Source of the DNA: a virus | Lineage: Duplodnaviria > Caudoviricetes | Virus record (IMG/VR): IMGVR_UViG_3300023048_000001 | Location: 110,627-174,626 of that record | DNA length: 64,000 nucleotides | Strand: one strand, 5' to 3' | In this document: positions 18,730-28,776 of the stretch, in pieces | Layout: each line of letters starts with the position of its first letter | Position numbering within the stretch: position 1 is the first letter of the stretch | Position numbers and translations under genes: made by a program | The notes under the pieces: generated by a model | Seen by the model: the letters and a program-made list of their open reading frames with translations, nothing else | What the model was told of the DNA's origin: nothing | The model's database searches: none

Positions 18730-19128
18730 TCATGACTTCTTCCTGTTTCTGGTGGATAGACGCTTGAGCATAGCAATTTCATCGTCATCATCTTCACAGG
18801 TGATAGGTGGTATGCGTTGGGTTGTATCTTCCTCTTCATCCCACATGATGTTCTTGAAGTCATCCTCATAAACCTTGGGTGCGAGTTCTCTTGTGCTAAA
18901 CAACTTCTCAAGGTAGTTATCTACCATTGAGTTTAGACTATAGGTTACTACAGTTTCAATTCGCACTACCTTGACTTCATAGCCCTTGACTATGAATTCT
19001 TTAATTTTTTTCTTGAAGTTTTCTGGTGATATACCATTAGGTGGCACTGACTCGACTGTCCAATTGGCAGAACTATTATGTCTGTACCAGATAGATAGCT
19101 TGTTCATGTCTATTTTTGTTTTATTCAT
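18730..19128 (-). CDS. hypothetical protein
   Basis: 132 aa, translationally coupled to 18485..18733 and 18264..18488. Confidence 0.65.
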   Translation of the reverse strand: MNKTKIDMNKLSIWYRHNSSANWTVESVPPNGISPENFKKKIKEFIVKGYEVKVVRIETVVTYSLNSMVDNYLEKLFSTRELAPKVYEDDFKNIMWDEEEDTTQRIPPITCEDDDDEIAMLKRLSTRNRKKS

Positions 19129-19704
19129 AGGAATCTCTTAATGTATTAGGTTACACATGGCTACTACAATCATGATGAAGATGAACGTAGCTACCAGTAC
19201 CATAAAGCCATAGGCTGCAATGACGAACATAAACTCAAGGGCCATCATAAGCAGCAGTAACGGTGATAGTAATAAACGTAGAAAGGTCTGGAAGATCATT
19301 TGTAATCCAAGATGATGAAGCATGCAACGATAATGACTAGCATGAGGACAGGTAGCCATTCCTCTAGTTTAAGGATGAATCTTAATAGGTAATTCATAGG
19401 AAGAAAGATAGAATCTGAATGGTTAGGTCAACTAATAAGACAACCACATCAAAGTAATTATCAATGAAACGTCTTAGTCTTTGCATGGCTTTTTATTTCT
19501 TTTTAATCCAACGGGTAGACTCATCAGCAATGGTCAACAGGACTGCCATGAGTGCCATGAATACCTCATCTACTACTGCAAAGACGATTGCGATAGCTTT
19601 GAAGATCAACCACAAAGGAGTCACCATCAAAAGAAATGGTGTGATGAAGATAAGGACAATGATGTCCACGAAATAACTGAGCAATTTAAGTGTGATTTCC
19701 ATAA

Positions 19705-20052
19705 TTATTCTCCGATCTTATATTCATGGGTCAGCTTCGACTCATGTTTAACAGGAATAATTTCGTATTTAATTAATATTTCACCATCACCGAACTTATA
19801 ATCGACGCTATTGATTGCCTGAATATAGGCAATTACATCTTCAATTTTTGAATCCCAAAAACCATTAACATCCTCCCAAGCTTTGGTAGTTAAGATGTTT
19901 AAACCATTAGACTTTGTACTGTATTTTCCCGACTTAACAATAGCGTAACGGACAACTCCATTTGAATTAAGATCGATGTTTTCAGTATGTTCTACTAATT
20001 CATTATGTTCTACTGATTCAATGGCTTTTGTTCTAGATTTAATTCCAAGCAT
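19705..20052 (-). CDS. hypothetical protein
   Basis: 115 aa in tight operon. Confidence 0.65.
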   Translation of the reverse strand: MLGIKSRTKAIESVEHNELVEHTENIDLNSNGVVRYAIVKSGKYSTKSNGLNILTTKAWEDVNGFWDSKIEDVIAYIQAINSVDYKFGDGEILIKYEIIPVKHESKLTHEYKIGE

Positions 20053-20054
20053 AA

Positions 20055-20513
20055 TTAATTTTCCGTTGTAATGGTGATGTATGGGTATGGCTTTTCAGCA
20101 TAAACTTTGTCTGTAGACACGAAAATACTAAGAACATATCCACTAGCATACATGTGAATATTGTAACCTTCATCCTCTAATTTTTGATAAAGATATTGAA
20201 AGAAATACCATGAATATCTGGTGTACACGAAATTGAAACCTACATATCCATAAGGCTGTATGTTCTCCATGGCCTGCTTGTATGGTGGTGTCATTCCATC
20301 ATCAATGAAGCGAAAATCTTCCCAATCCAAGTTATTATCGATATCAACCCCACCAAAAGGCGTTATAAGCGCTCCACGGAGCCCTGTAGGGCCATGGGTG
20401 ACCACTGATGTCAGATAGGTTCGGATCGCTTTAGAAAAGCCCTCAAGAGCTTTCTGTGAGCGAGAGCTTCGCTTATACCAAGCGAAGAAAATATCTCTAA
20501 TGTAGTTCCTCAT
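20055..20513 (-). CDS. hypothetical protein
   Basis: 152 aa in tight operon. Confidence 0.7.
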   Translation of the reverse strand: MRNYIRDIFFAWYKRSSRSQKALEGFSKAIRTYLTSVVTHGPTGLRGALITPFGGVDIDNNLDWEDFRFIDDGMTPPYKQAMENIQPYGYVGFNFVYTRYSWYFFQYLYQKLEDEGYNIHMYASGYVLSIFVSTDKVYAEKPYPYITITTEN

Positions 20514-20697
20514 CTGCGTCTCCTATTTTTACGACTGTTGAGTTTATTGATAAGTTCGATTTGCTTCTTACGAAGCGCCTCTACTTCAATAATTAAATCT
20601 AGAATTTGCTTCTTGTGGCGTAGACGTGTTAATGGTTTTAGAAATATACAAGTAATTCCTAAAATTATTGTAATAATTGAAATAATTGTCATCATAA

Positions 20698-21588
20698 TTA
20701 TCGATATACCGGAGTATCACCGTTAAATAACTTAGGAGCTTTAACCAAAATCATCTTAGTTGGTGCAAATATAACTGGTTTGGCACGATATCCTTTATGT
20801 TTAATCGACCCAATAAGTCCACGCAGATGATCACTCTTGATATCTTTGTAATTAAATATAAATTGATACACCCCTTTAACATAAGAAACTTCAAATGCTA
20901 TATTATTAATCGTTTGAACTGACCATACCGGACCAGTATTAGTGCCAGCCTTGATGGCACCATCAATAATATCAACAATTTGAATACTGTTAAAAGAATT
21001 AAATATAATTTCTTCTGATCGTTCAATAACTTTATTAATAAATTTTTCGACTTTATCAAAAAACTCATTAAAATTAAAATTATTCCAGTTATTGTAACAA
21101 AATAAGTCCTTTAATCCCTTGTATTCTACATTAAATAGATATGGTAAAGCCTCATATTCAGAATAACTACCATGTGACGATTCAGGTAGGTTAAATACAG
21201 TATTGTTATACCAACTAATAATAGAATGTTTAGCGTAATTAACAACTTCGATAGGAGGATGGTATCCATGGTGATGTGAAGAATCAATAGAAAATCTATT
21301 GGAGCCATTTTTACCATGACCACTAGAAATAGCGATCTGAAAATCACCAATATTACCCGCATTAATTACATCTTCAAGAAAAGATTCTCTGATAGTGGAA
21401 AATAACCCTGAGTATGTACTACCTGTTGGGCTGGGTATCGCGTGTCTGCCGGGAATACAATTCAAGGCCTGCATTTCTTTAATCTTACTATCTGCAATGG
21501 CAGAGCCATGGACACGTAAAACATCGAGGACCATCCTCAGGTTATTTTGCTGATATGGGCTTAAAACATTTCTAATGTATGGATGCAT
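20698..21588 (-). CDS. hypothetical protein (AT-rich)
   Basis: 296 aa, AGGAGG RBS. Confidence 0.75.
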   Translation of the reverse strand: MHPYIRNVLSPYQQNNLRMVLDVLRVHGSAIADSKIKEMQALNCIPGRHAIPSPTGSTYSGLFSTIRESFLEDVINAGNIGDFQIAISSGHGKNGSNRFSIDSSHHHGYHPPIEVVNYAKHSIISWYNNTVFNLPESSHGSYSEYEALPYLFNVEYKGLKDLFCYNNWNNFNFNEFFDKVEKFINKVIERSEEIIFNSFNSIQIVDIIDGAIKAGTNTGPVWSVQTINNIAFEVSYVKGVYQFIFNYKDIKSDHLRGLIGSIKHKGYRAKPVIFAPTKMILVKAPKLFNGDTPVYR

Positions 21589-21640
21589 ATTGATCCTCCT
21601 ATAAAAGACACATGGTCTATTTTTTAATTCTTTTAGTCAA

Positions 21641-21982
21641 CTAGGGGATAATGTCCAACTCATCTGAGTCTGACAAAGAATCGTAAAGGTCTGGATCAAT
21701 GTTGATGCACCCATTAGTGACATGCCTACGCTGTTCTGGATCATCTGAAAACAGACGCTCTAGCCTCTTCTCACTTGGCTTCAAGAGCCACACTCGGTGG
21801 ATAGCTAGAATTGTTTTAGCATTTTCCGAGAACATTAAAACATCACCACCGTAACCCGGTAGGTCTGTATCTGCTCTAGTAACTTTAAAAGTACCTACGG
21901 GTGTCGCATCACCGACCAGTGCCGGAAAGCATTGGCTAGCAACACATAGAAGAGCTTTAGATAGAAACACAGTAATTGTCAT
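21641..21982 (-). CDS. L,D-transpeptidase (YkuD-like) domain protein
   Basis: PALVGDATPVGTF, AIHRVW...TNGCIN catalytic His/Cys motif. Confidence 0.8.
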   Translation of the reverse strand: MTITVFLSKALLCVASQCFPALVGDATPVGTFKVTRADTDLPGYGGDVLMFSENAKTILAIHRVWLLKPSEKRLERLFSDDPEQRRHVTNGCINIDPDLYDSLSDSDELDIIP

Positions 21983-22043
21983 GACCTAGACCCTGAAATA
22001 AGAAGCCCGCCAATTGGCGGGCTTCTGTTTAGATTAAAATGTA

Positions 22044-23423
22044 TTACTGGCCGATACGCTTGCGGATAACTGTCTTGGGACCATTGTCCACTATGACATG
22101 TACCGTTTCACGCTGAAGGGGACCAAGATCGCAGTCATGAAGCTGGATGCTGGTGACAAGCTGGTTCATCGATGCGGAAGCACCACCGCCAAGCTGTCCA
22201 GATGCGCCACCATTGCCATTTCCACCCATGGCGAAGTTGCGAGCGCCAGACACGCTAACCACTGTGGAGGTAAGTACAGGCTGAGTACCGATCAGATGAT
22301 AGCTGCCATCAGGAAGAAGGAACTTCTTATAGAAGACCTGTTCACCATGGCTATCAATTTCAGGTGCCAGAGTATCCGTGGTTCCCTGCTCGATACGCTT
22401 AGTCTTAAAGAAGCCGAAGTAGGTACCCTGAATCGGGGTCTTCACTACAACCTGACGTGGACCGCATGCCAAGGTTTCCTTGATGATCTGACCTGCGAAA
22501 GTCTGCGACGCTGGGGTCTGCGGAACGATGGCAGGAATGAAGATGGTCTTGTCGCTGTAGCTATTGCTAGAACGATCCGAAGCATCGACACTTACATCCG
22601 ATCCCGAGCGAGTGTTTGCACTCTGACCATTCGTGCTGCTGGTCGTGCTTGACTGGCCCTGACCAACGGTGTTTGCAGAACTCTGTCCATTGGACTGGTT
22701 TCCACCTTTAACCGTATTAGCTGAGGACTGACCATTCGCATTGGTGGAAGACTGGCCGTTGGTGTTCGCATTACCGTTGGTATTAGCGGACGACTGACCC
22801 TGACCTTGGCCCTGACCCTGTGCAGCAGTGGAAGTGCCACCAGTTGCGTTACCACCGGCACCGCCAGCACCACCGTTTGCCGATGTGTTACCAACTGAGC
22901 CACCAGTACCACCATTAGCGGTATTGGTTGCAGTATTCGAACCGTTGGTCAGTGTATTACCACCGCTGGTTGAACCGCCGAGAATGTTACCACCACTATT
23001 CGAACCGCTGGTAGTGGTATTGCCGCCATTGCTGGCAGATGTATTACCTACCGATGACTTGTTGTCGTTGTTGGAGAGGTTACCCGTTGCAGATGTATTG
23101 CCAACAGAACCACCTGTAGCACCGCTGGTGGTGTTTCCACCACTGATGGTACCCGTTGTTGTATTGGTGGCGTTCTGCGTCGTCTGCGTCTTGTTATCGA
23201 AAGACGGATCGATGGTTGTACCCGAGGCAATCGAGTTGGATGAGTTACCAGCCTGACTTGCATTGCTCTGTGAGCCATCTGCTGTCGATCCGTTACTCAC
23301 ATCACCCATGCTCTGAGTGCTGGTAGTGCAACTGGTGGTTCCCGCAGGACATGGAGGAACGGTCTGTGCCTGTACGGACATCATGCCCGTGGAAAGCAAT
23401 AGTGCTGCCAAAAACTTATTCAT
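22044..23423 (-). CDS. secreted Ser/Thr/Asn/Gly-rich repeat protein
   Basis: Signal peptide MNKFLAALLLSTGMMSVQA; SVGNTSA and NGQSSAN repeats; globular C-terminus. Confidence 0.8.
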   Translation of the reverse strand: MNKFLAALLLSTGMMSVQAQTVPPCPAGTTSCTTSTQSMGDVSNGSTADGSQSNASQAGNSSNSIASGTTIDPSFDNKTQTTQNATNTTTGTISGGNTTSGATGGSVGNTSATGNLSNNDNKSSVGNTSASNGGNTTTSGSNSGGNILGGSTSGGNTLTNGSNTATNTANGGTGGSVGNTSANGGAGGAGGNATGGTSTAAQGQGQGQGQSSANTNGNANTNGQSSTNANGQSSANTVKGGNQSNGQSSANTVGQGQSSTTSSTNGQSANTRSGSDVSVDASDRSSNSYSDKTIFIPAIVPQTPASQTFAGQIIKETLACGPRQVVVKTPIQGTYFGFFKTKRIEQGTTDTLAPEIDSHGEQVFYKKFLLPDGSYHLIGTQPVLTSTVVSVSGARNFAMGGNGNGGASGQLGGGASASMNQLVTSIQLHDCDLGPLQRETVHVIVDNGPKTVIRKRIGQ

Positions 23424-23899
23424 TTAAAATTCCCTGTTTTGTTGTGAGTGGTAACAGGTGCGGATGTTAGGGTTGTTAATACCTTCTGTCAAGCCTTTTC
23501 GGCCAGCATATTCATTATCGGAAATAATAAAAGAAAACCCGCCGAAGCGGGTTATTCTTAATATATACGGTAGTTGCCAAATATGGGTCGCAGACTTATT
23601 CCTCTCATCCTTGCGGTGTGAGACTACCGCAATTTTTAATGCTTAACTGAATTGTAGTAATCTTTAGAAAAACTGGATTCAATTGATGCTGGAACATAAA
23701 CTTGTGTGCATGATTCCTTCCAGAAACCTTCACATGCCTTTGATGCGCGATAGTGTTGGACACCATTAAGGACATCACTGGCAATAGTGATAAGAAGAAT
23801 GATAATAATAAAATTATACAGGCTCTTGCGCATCGGGAAAGTCTTTGACTTCTCTGGTACAACTTCTGGTTCTGGTGTTGACATTTAAAATATTCCTTG

Positions 23900-23940
23900 T
23901 TGAAATTCTTATTGAAATTCTTATTGAAATTCTTATTGAA
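23900..23940. repeat. 12-bp tandem repeat x3.4
   Basis: TTGAAATTCTTA repeated upstream of 23636..23884. Confidence 0.85.
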
Positions 23941-24654
23941 TGAAGGCCGTCACTAGGACGGCCTTTCATCAATCTATTACGTGTCGCGAACCTCTGATTT
24001 CATCCACATATCCTACAGTGAGCTTATATATTCCTTGCTCTACAACTACCTGTCCAAAGGGACTCCGGTCGTTCTTCTTGTATAACGTAACGTGACTATC
24101 ATATAGAAACTCTTCGGTATCAAGATCAAGTGCATTAAGAATGCGGTGGCTCAACTGCATATTAACTCCGATTGTGAAATGGTGTTCTATTTATTACTTC
24201 TTCTTTTTTGAACCCTTTCGCCAATCAACTCGGACATGACTGACCGGCTTGCTGGACTTAACAATAATGTTGCCCTTCTCATCGCAGATATAGCAATCCG
24301 TGCGATCTGCGTCCTTCACCAGTTCGGTGTGGAACTCAAGTGCCGTAAGCTTACGGCCACCTTCGCGAACGTCATATACTGGACGCTTTGGGTTGAATGA
24401 ATAAACATTGCCAGCATTATAAAAATCGTACTTCATATTTCAATATTTCCTTAACGGATAACGGTTTGGGTAATGTGACTTTCTTTGTTGAAAGTCGCTG
24501 CTAAATCGAACTGATGGCATTGAAAGCCAGCATTTGTTTTCAGTTCGATAAACTTTTGCATTCCTTCGGAATCATTCTCTCCGAAGGTTTGCGTTGTATT
24601 TAAAAGGCCGGACTTAGTGTTGCTACGTGTTACTAAGATTAGATACTTATCCAT

Positions 24655-25230
24655 TTAAGTTTCCCTGTAGAATACATGTCTTCCAATATGAGCTACTTCT
24701 TGTAAGCCCCTTTTGGTCCACCCGGCATTGACACCGGACAAGTGGAATGATACGGCTTGTGGAATCCAGTTGTCAATCTTTTTATTCAAAATTGATTCTG
24801 CAATCCTCAATGACTCAGCGTAATTTTCATTACTTATTTGAGCATTTAATTTCTTATCACCACCAGAACAATACCATGAGAATTGGCAAAACTTCTTGCC
24901 ATCCTTCATCGTCTGCTGCTTTATAACTTTGCAGATAGATGATGGGTATTTCTTATTAGTAGTTCGGTTTAAAATAACGAAGCCAACTGCTTCTTTACCT
25001 CTTACCGATTCACTTCCAGCTTCATAATAGATGCCTTTAGCCAAACAATTTACGTCTTGAGGTAGAAGTATATGCTCTTGACGAAATAATACAACAGGGT
25101 CATTGTGTATAATGAATTTGGCATCCAACACTATGATTGGCTTAGTTGATACTTCGGTTTTAATTGGTTGAACGCTACAACTACTTATCAATAAGCAGAC
25201 TGCAACGATTACTGCGATACACTGTCTCAT
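24655..25230 (-). CDS. SleB/Hydrolase_2 cell-wall hydrolase, probable lipoprotein
   Basis: CLAKGIYYEAGSE, YPSSICKVI, CQFSWYC, IGRHVFY; lipobox-like LISSC. Confidence 0.88.
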   Translation of the reverse strand: MRQCIAVIVAVCLLISSCSVQPIKTEVSTKPIIVLDAKFIIHNDPVVLFRQEHILLPQDVNCLAKGIYYEAGSESVRGKEAVGFVILNRTTNKKYPSSICKVIKQQTMKDGKKFCQFSWYCSGGDKKLNAQISNENYAESLRIAESILNKKIDNWIPQAVSFHLSGVNAGWTKRGLQEVAHIGRHVFYRET

Positions 25231-25490
25231 CGTTATGATCCTATATTTAATTTTGGTTGTGTGACTTTCGTTTTGATGTTGTGAATTTTAAACAAAAAAA
25301 GGCCGATCTAAGCGTTAACCTAGATCGGCCTAACTTGTGCTATTTCATTACCCGATAGTAGCTTCTACGTGATAGTGGAATTAGATATCCTTCCATTTCT
25401 CAAGCCATTAAACACAATGGCTGGCACTTAATTGTTACAGATTTATATCATGATCCTTATATTTAGGTCAAGAAATTAACCGTGCAATAG

Positions 25491-25498
25491 TATTTATA
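25491..25498 (-). promoter_or_regulatory. T4-type late promoter candidate
   Basis: Intergenic TATAAATA. Confidence 0.45.
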
Positions 25499-25504
25499 AT
25501 TAAA

Positions 25505-25825
25505 TTATATTTTATTAAAGGCTACCTGACCATCAGCAAAGACTCTGCATTGAGATTCTTCTAAATTATAAATTTTTAGTATAAAACCTATTTTATTAAA
25601 TTCTTTCAATAATTCAGGATTACAAAACCTGTTGAAGTCCATCATAGAGTACCAACCCCACATCTTATTCTTAATGAATAAGGAGTTAGCCATTCCTGCG
25701 AACCCTCTCCCGTGATCAATATGAAAGCCTAACTGCTGGCGTAACTCAACATCCGTATCGTCAGAATTTATGTGCATGAACGGACCCAGCCCCGAGTCTA
25801 TATGCTCTAATCTATAAATGTTCAT
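25505..25825 (-). CDS. hypothetical protein, YRxE..GxGPF paralog family
   Basis: IYRLEHIDSGLGPF...GQVAF. Confidence 0.75.
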   Translation of the reverse strand: MNIYRLEHIDSGLGPFMHINSDDTDVELRQQLGFHIDHGRGFAGMANSLFIKNKMWGWYSMMDFNRFCNPELLKEFNKIGFILKIYNLEESQCRVFADGQVAFNKI

Positions 25826-26106
25826 TAGAATTCTTTAGGATAATGGAATGTCTTACAGTTCTTATAAGAATCCTGTGGTGTATCGCCACCATACCATTTA
25901 TCGTTAAACCTTGTGTACCACTTGTCAGTTGGCTTGCCATCCCATTTGGTCTTGCTGATACGTGGCTTCTCATCAGTCGTGAATGGCACTAGACGTGATT
26001 CATCAGGCATCATGGGGATGATATGATCATCATTGACGGTCATTGGAATGACCTTAGTATCAGTAATGGCATCAGCCCATTTGTTTAAGAAGTCTTTGAT
26101 ACTCAT
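25825..26106 (-). CDS. hypothetical protein
   Basis: 93 aa, coupled stop/start. Confidence 0.65.
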   Translation of the reverse strand: MSIKDFLNKWADAITDTKVIPMTVNDDHIIPMMPDESRLVPFTTDEKPRISKTKWDGKPTDKWYTRFNDKWYGGDTPQDSYKNCKTFHYPKEF

Positions 26107-26115
26107 ACTCGCACC

Positions 26116-26481
26116 TTATAGTAAACGTACACTTTTCAGAGTTCTAAAACTATTCGTTCGTTCGAAAGCTATCTGGTTATCAATAAAAATATAACAGTTG
26201 GTTTTTACGTTATATCGCTTAATGACAAATCCTAAATCAATTAGTTTTCTTTTTAATTTATTTGAACAAAATTTATCAAATAGTTTTCGTGATGTCCAAC
26301 CATATATCCATTGCTGCTTACACATTTTTCTAAAGGTCTTGGCATCAATCATATCTGAGGGGTCTTTGTGGTATGCCAACTGCATACATTCAGATAATTG
26401 ATCACCATTGTGACGATGTTCAAATGGACCCATACCAGATTTTTTATGTTCAATTCTATAAGCGAACATGATTATAGCCAA
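26116..26481 (-). CDS. hypothetical protein, YRxE..GxGPF paralog family
   Basis: AYRIEHKKSGMGPF...NQIAF. Confidence 0.75.
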   Translation of the reverse strand: MAIIMFAYRIEHKKSGMGPFEHRHNGDQLSECMQLAYHKDPSDMIDAKTFRKMCKQQWIYGWTSRKLFDKFCSNKLKRKLIDLGFVIKRYNVKTNCYIFIDNQIAFERTNSFRTLKSVRLL

Positions 26482-26907
26482 ATTATTATGGATGAGAAAT
26501 ATTATCAGTTATTACTAGAAATATCAACCCGACCTTAACATTATTTTGAATTCCAGAAATGAAAAAAGGTGGAGCAATGCTCACACCTTTTCAAGTTCAA
26601 TTAACTTTTCTACTGCTTGAACAAGTCGCTGCTTGTCCTCTTCTGTCCAACGCCATAACTCTTCGTTACCGGGTCTACAGTAACACTTATCACCCATACA
26701 AGCATGAAGTTTTGATGTAATTTCTTCCATGATATTCCTGTTTTCTCTATTCACATATTTATTATGGTTTAACCTGTAGCCAACAACGACATAAGCTAAA
26801 AACCTGTCTCTGAAATTGCATTCTAACATCATGAGTGATGTCTATAGTTCCTCGGCTCTCTATTCCGCTGCGTAATCGCACTGCTTGAATAGCGCTGTAA
26901 ACCTATT

Positions 26908-26984
26908 TGGTATCGCTGACGGGATTCGAACCCGCATTATCTAGAATGAGAATCTAGTGTCCTGACCAGTTAGACGACATCGAT
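26908..26984 (-). tRNA. tRNA-Glu(CTC)
   Basis: Cloverleaf, loop TT-CTC-AT, CCA; one acceptor mismatch. Confidence 0.88.
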
Positions 26985-26988
26985 ATAA

Positions 26989-27297
26989 TTATTTATTTAA
27001 CAAACGATCAATGAATTTATTTGCTAGTAGCTCATGAATCTCTTCATAAGGATGAAAGACAACGGCTACAACCCAACGCTCATTTAGATTTGTTTTCTTG
27101 TTGTAAACTACAGCCTGTATGTAACAGGAATCATGTTTACGATATATGTTATCTACTTCACATGCTTCAAGGAGGTAATTGTCACTCCAACGCTTAATAA
27201 ATTCGATTTCAAGAATATCTTCAATCTTTTCCACTGAAATATCAATGGGATCACCATCGACAAAACCGGGTATATGCTGTAGTACGCGAATGCTCAT
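26989..27297 (-). CDS. hypothetical protein
   Basis: 102 aa, RBS. Confidence 0.7.
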   Translation of the reverse strand: MSIRVLQHIPGFVDGDPIDISVEKIEDILEIEFIKRWSDNYLLEACEVDNIYRKHDSCYIQAVVYNKKTNLNERWVVAVVFHPYEEIHELLANKFIDRLLNK

Positions 27298-27322
27298 ACA
27301 CTTCCTATTGATTTAAATTTAT

Positions 27323-28170
27323 CGGGCTGAGAATAGACCCTGACACGTTGATACTTTAGTTTGGATTATGGCATCTTGCGGATGCTTTCCCACTTTTCCA
27401 CTACAACCATCCTTCCGAATGCATCATAGTATATCAACATAGCAGCCTTATTTAAGTGGTGGCATTTCCACTGTCACCGTAACCTATTCGGCATGTCCTA
27501 TTCAGTCTGCCTTGCGAGCAGCAAAGGGTTCGACCCCATCCTTGCAATTCTTTACCAACATTCATCGGCCTTGCGAGCTTCCGAATGACTCTATTGTCTT
27601 ACGACTAGAGCATTATGCTATTTTCAGTTACGACCGAATCCGTCTTTGCGTTTTTTCAAGGTTGGATTTGAACCAACGTATGATCGTTTAAGAGACGATT
27701 GCTTATCCACTAAGCTACTAGTTATCCCACTAAGGTCGAGCGGATTCATAGGTCCATACCCTTTTGGGGTACAAAATTCTATCCGACCTCATCTGCTTCT
27801 CACCCGCTAAGGTTACACTCGCAGTTCGTTTCACGACTCTTTCAAGCCATTAACAATGTATAAACGCATTCGTCCGCTAAGACTCACACCCTCATACTAC
27901 CAATTCATCATCCACTGGTTCAACGTTAGACCGGCTAGAGGTTTCTATTCCTCTCATCACTCACCGATTGGCCTGTGATGGTTTTAACCGCATTGAATTC
28001 CAATATATCTCCGAAAGCTTCCGAAGCCAGAGCGTTCCACTCTGTGATATGTTGGCTTTTATAAACGAGTCCATTTTCATGGTGGGACGCTGGTAGGCGC
28101 ATTCCCGTTTGACACCTCACGGTATCTTATCTCTCCCTCATAACCCTTTCGAATTATGAGGTACTACACA
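27323..28170 (-). ncRNA. giant structured ncRNA, GOLLD-like
   Basis: ~850 nt without a credible ORF, own promoter, many GNRA-capped stems, embedded tRNA, located in a tRNA cluster; family call from memory of GOLLD architecture. Confidence 0.65.
27654..27724 (-). tRNA. embedded tRNA-Lys(CTT)-like domain with disrupted acceptor stem
   Basis: D-arm GCTT/AAGC, ATCGT-CTCTTAA-ACGAT, GTTGG-TTCAAAT-CCAAC; no good acceptor stem or CCA. Confidence 0.7.
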
Positions 28171-28222
28171 TACGTTATTCCTTTAACGTTTCGTTCCTCT
28201 AAGTGGGAACTCATCAGTGTGT
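28166..28222 (-). ncRNA. type I hammerhead ribozyme
   Basis: ACACA-CUGAUGA-GUUCC/GGAAC-GAAA-CGUUA/UAACG-UA-UGUGU; full core, GUA cleavage triplet. Confidence 0.92.
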
Positions 28223-28237
28223 GACTTGATGTAGAAC

Positions 28238-28266
28238 ATATTAAAGTGTTTAACTATTCCTGTCAA
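28238..28266 (-). promoter_or_regulatory. sigma70-type promoter for hammerhead/GOLLD-like transcript
   Basis: TTGACA-N17-TAATAT. Confidence 0.8.
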
Positions 28267-28275
28267 CACTTAAAT

Positions 28276-28416
28276 TGGATGTTTCATTCGGGAAGGTGAT
28301 CAAACCTTCCTAGCTTATCTTCCTAACACTCCTTTGGAGGTTCTAGTCTTTGCTCATATAGAAGATTTTTGAGTCTACGGTAGCCTGTATCCGCGATATT
28401 GATCCGAATGAAACGT
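28276..28416 (-). ncRNA. tRNA-like RNA with long acceptor helix
   Basis: GTTTCATTCG/CGAATGAAAC, T-like arm GGAAGG-TTTGATCA-CCTTCC, 3' TCCA; own promoter upstream. Confidence 0.55.
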
Positions 28417-28491
28417 TTGCCTTTCGGCCAACAAATATAGTGTATATGTTAATCTCTTTATGTCAAGAGCATAAACACTAGGATTACAATT

Positions 28492-28566
28492 TGGTACTCT
28501 GTACGGGTATCGATCCCGTTTCTGCTGGGTGAAAACCAACTATCCTAGCCACTAGACGAACAGAGC
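28492..28566 (-). tRNA. tRNA-Glu(TTC)
   Basis: Cloverleaf, loop TT-TTC-AC, T-loop ATCGATA, CCA. Confidence 0.88.
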
Positions 28567-28776
28567 ATATTTAATAATTACATCTTATCCAAACATACCC
28601 ACGATAATTACCGGGAGTTGTTGGCATCGTATCCTCAAATATAGGCAGAGGATCATTGATATAGACTTTACTGCTACCACGTTCAAACGTGTATGCCGTA
28701 TCATAATGTACTGTTGAACATGAAGTCAAGAAGATAATTATGAAAGGTGACAAATATTTGATCATAGTTTTAAAAT

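Noticed and set aside
27935-28120. 61-aa ORF inside the giant RNA
   Set aside because: Lies within a densely base-paired region and has no recognisable protein features.
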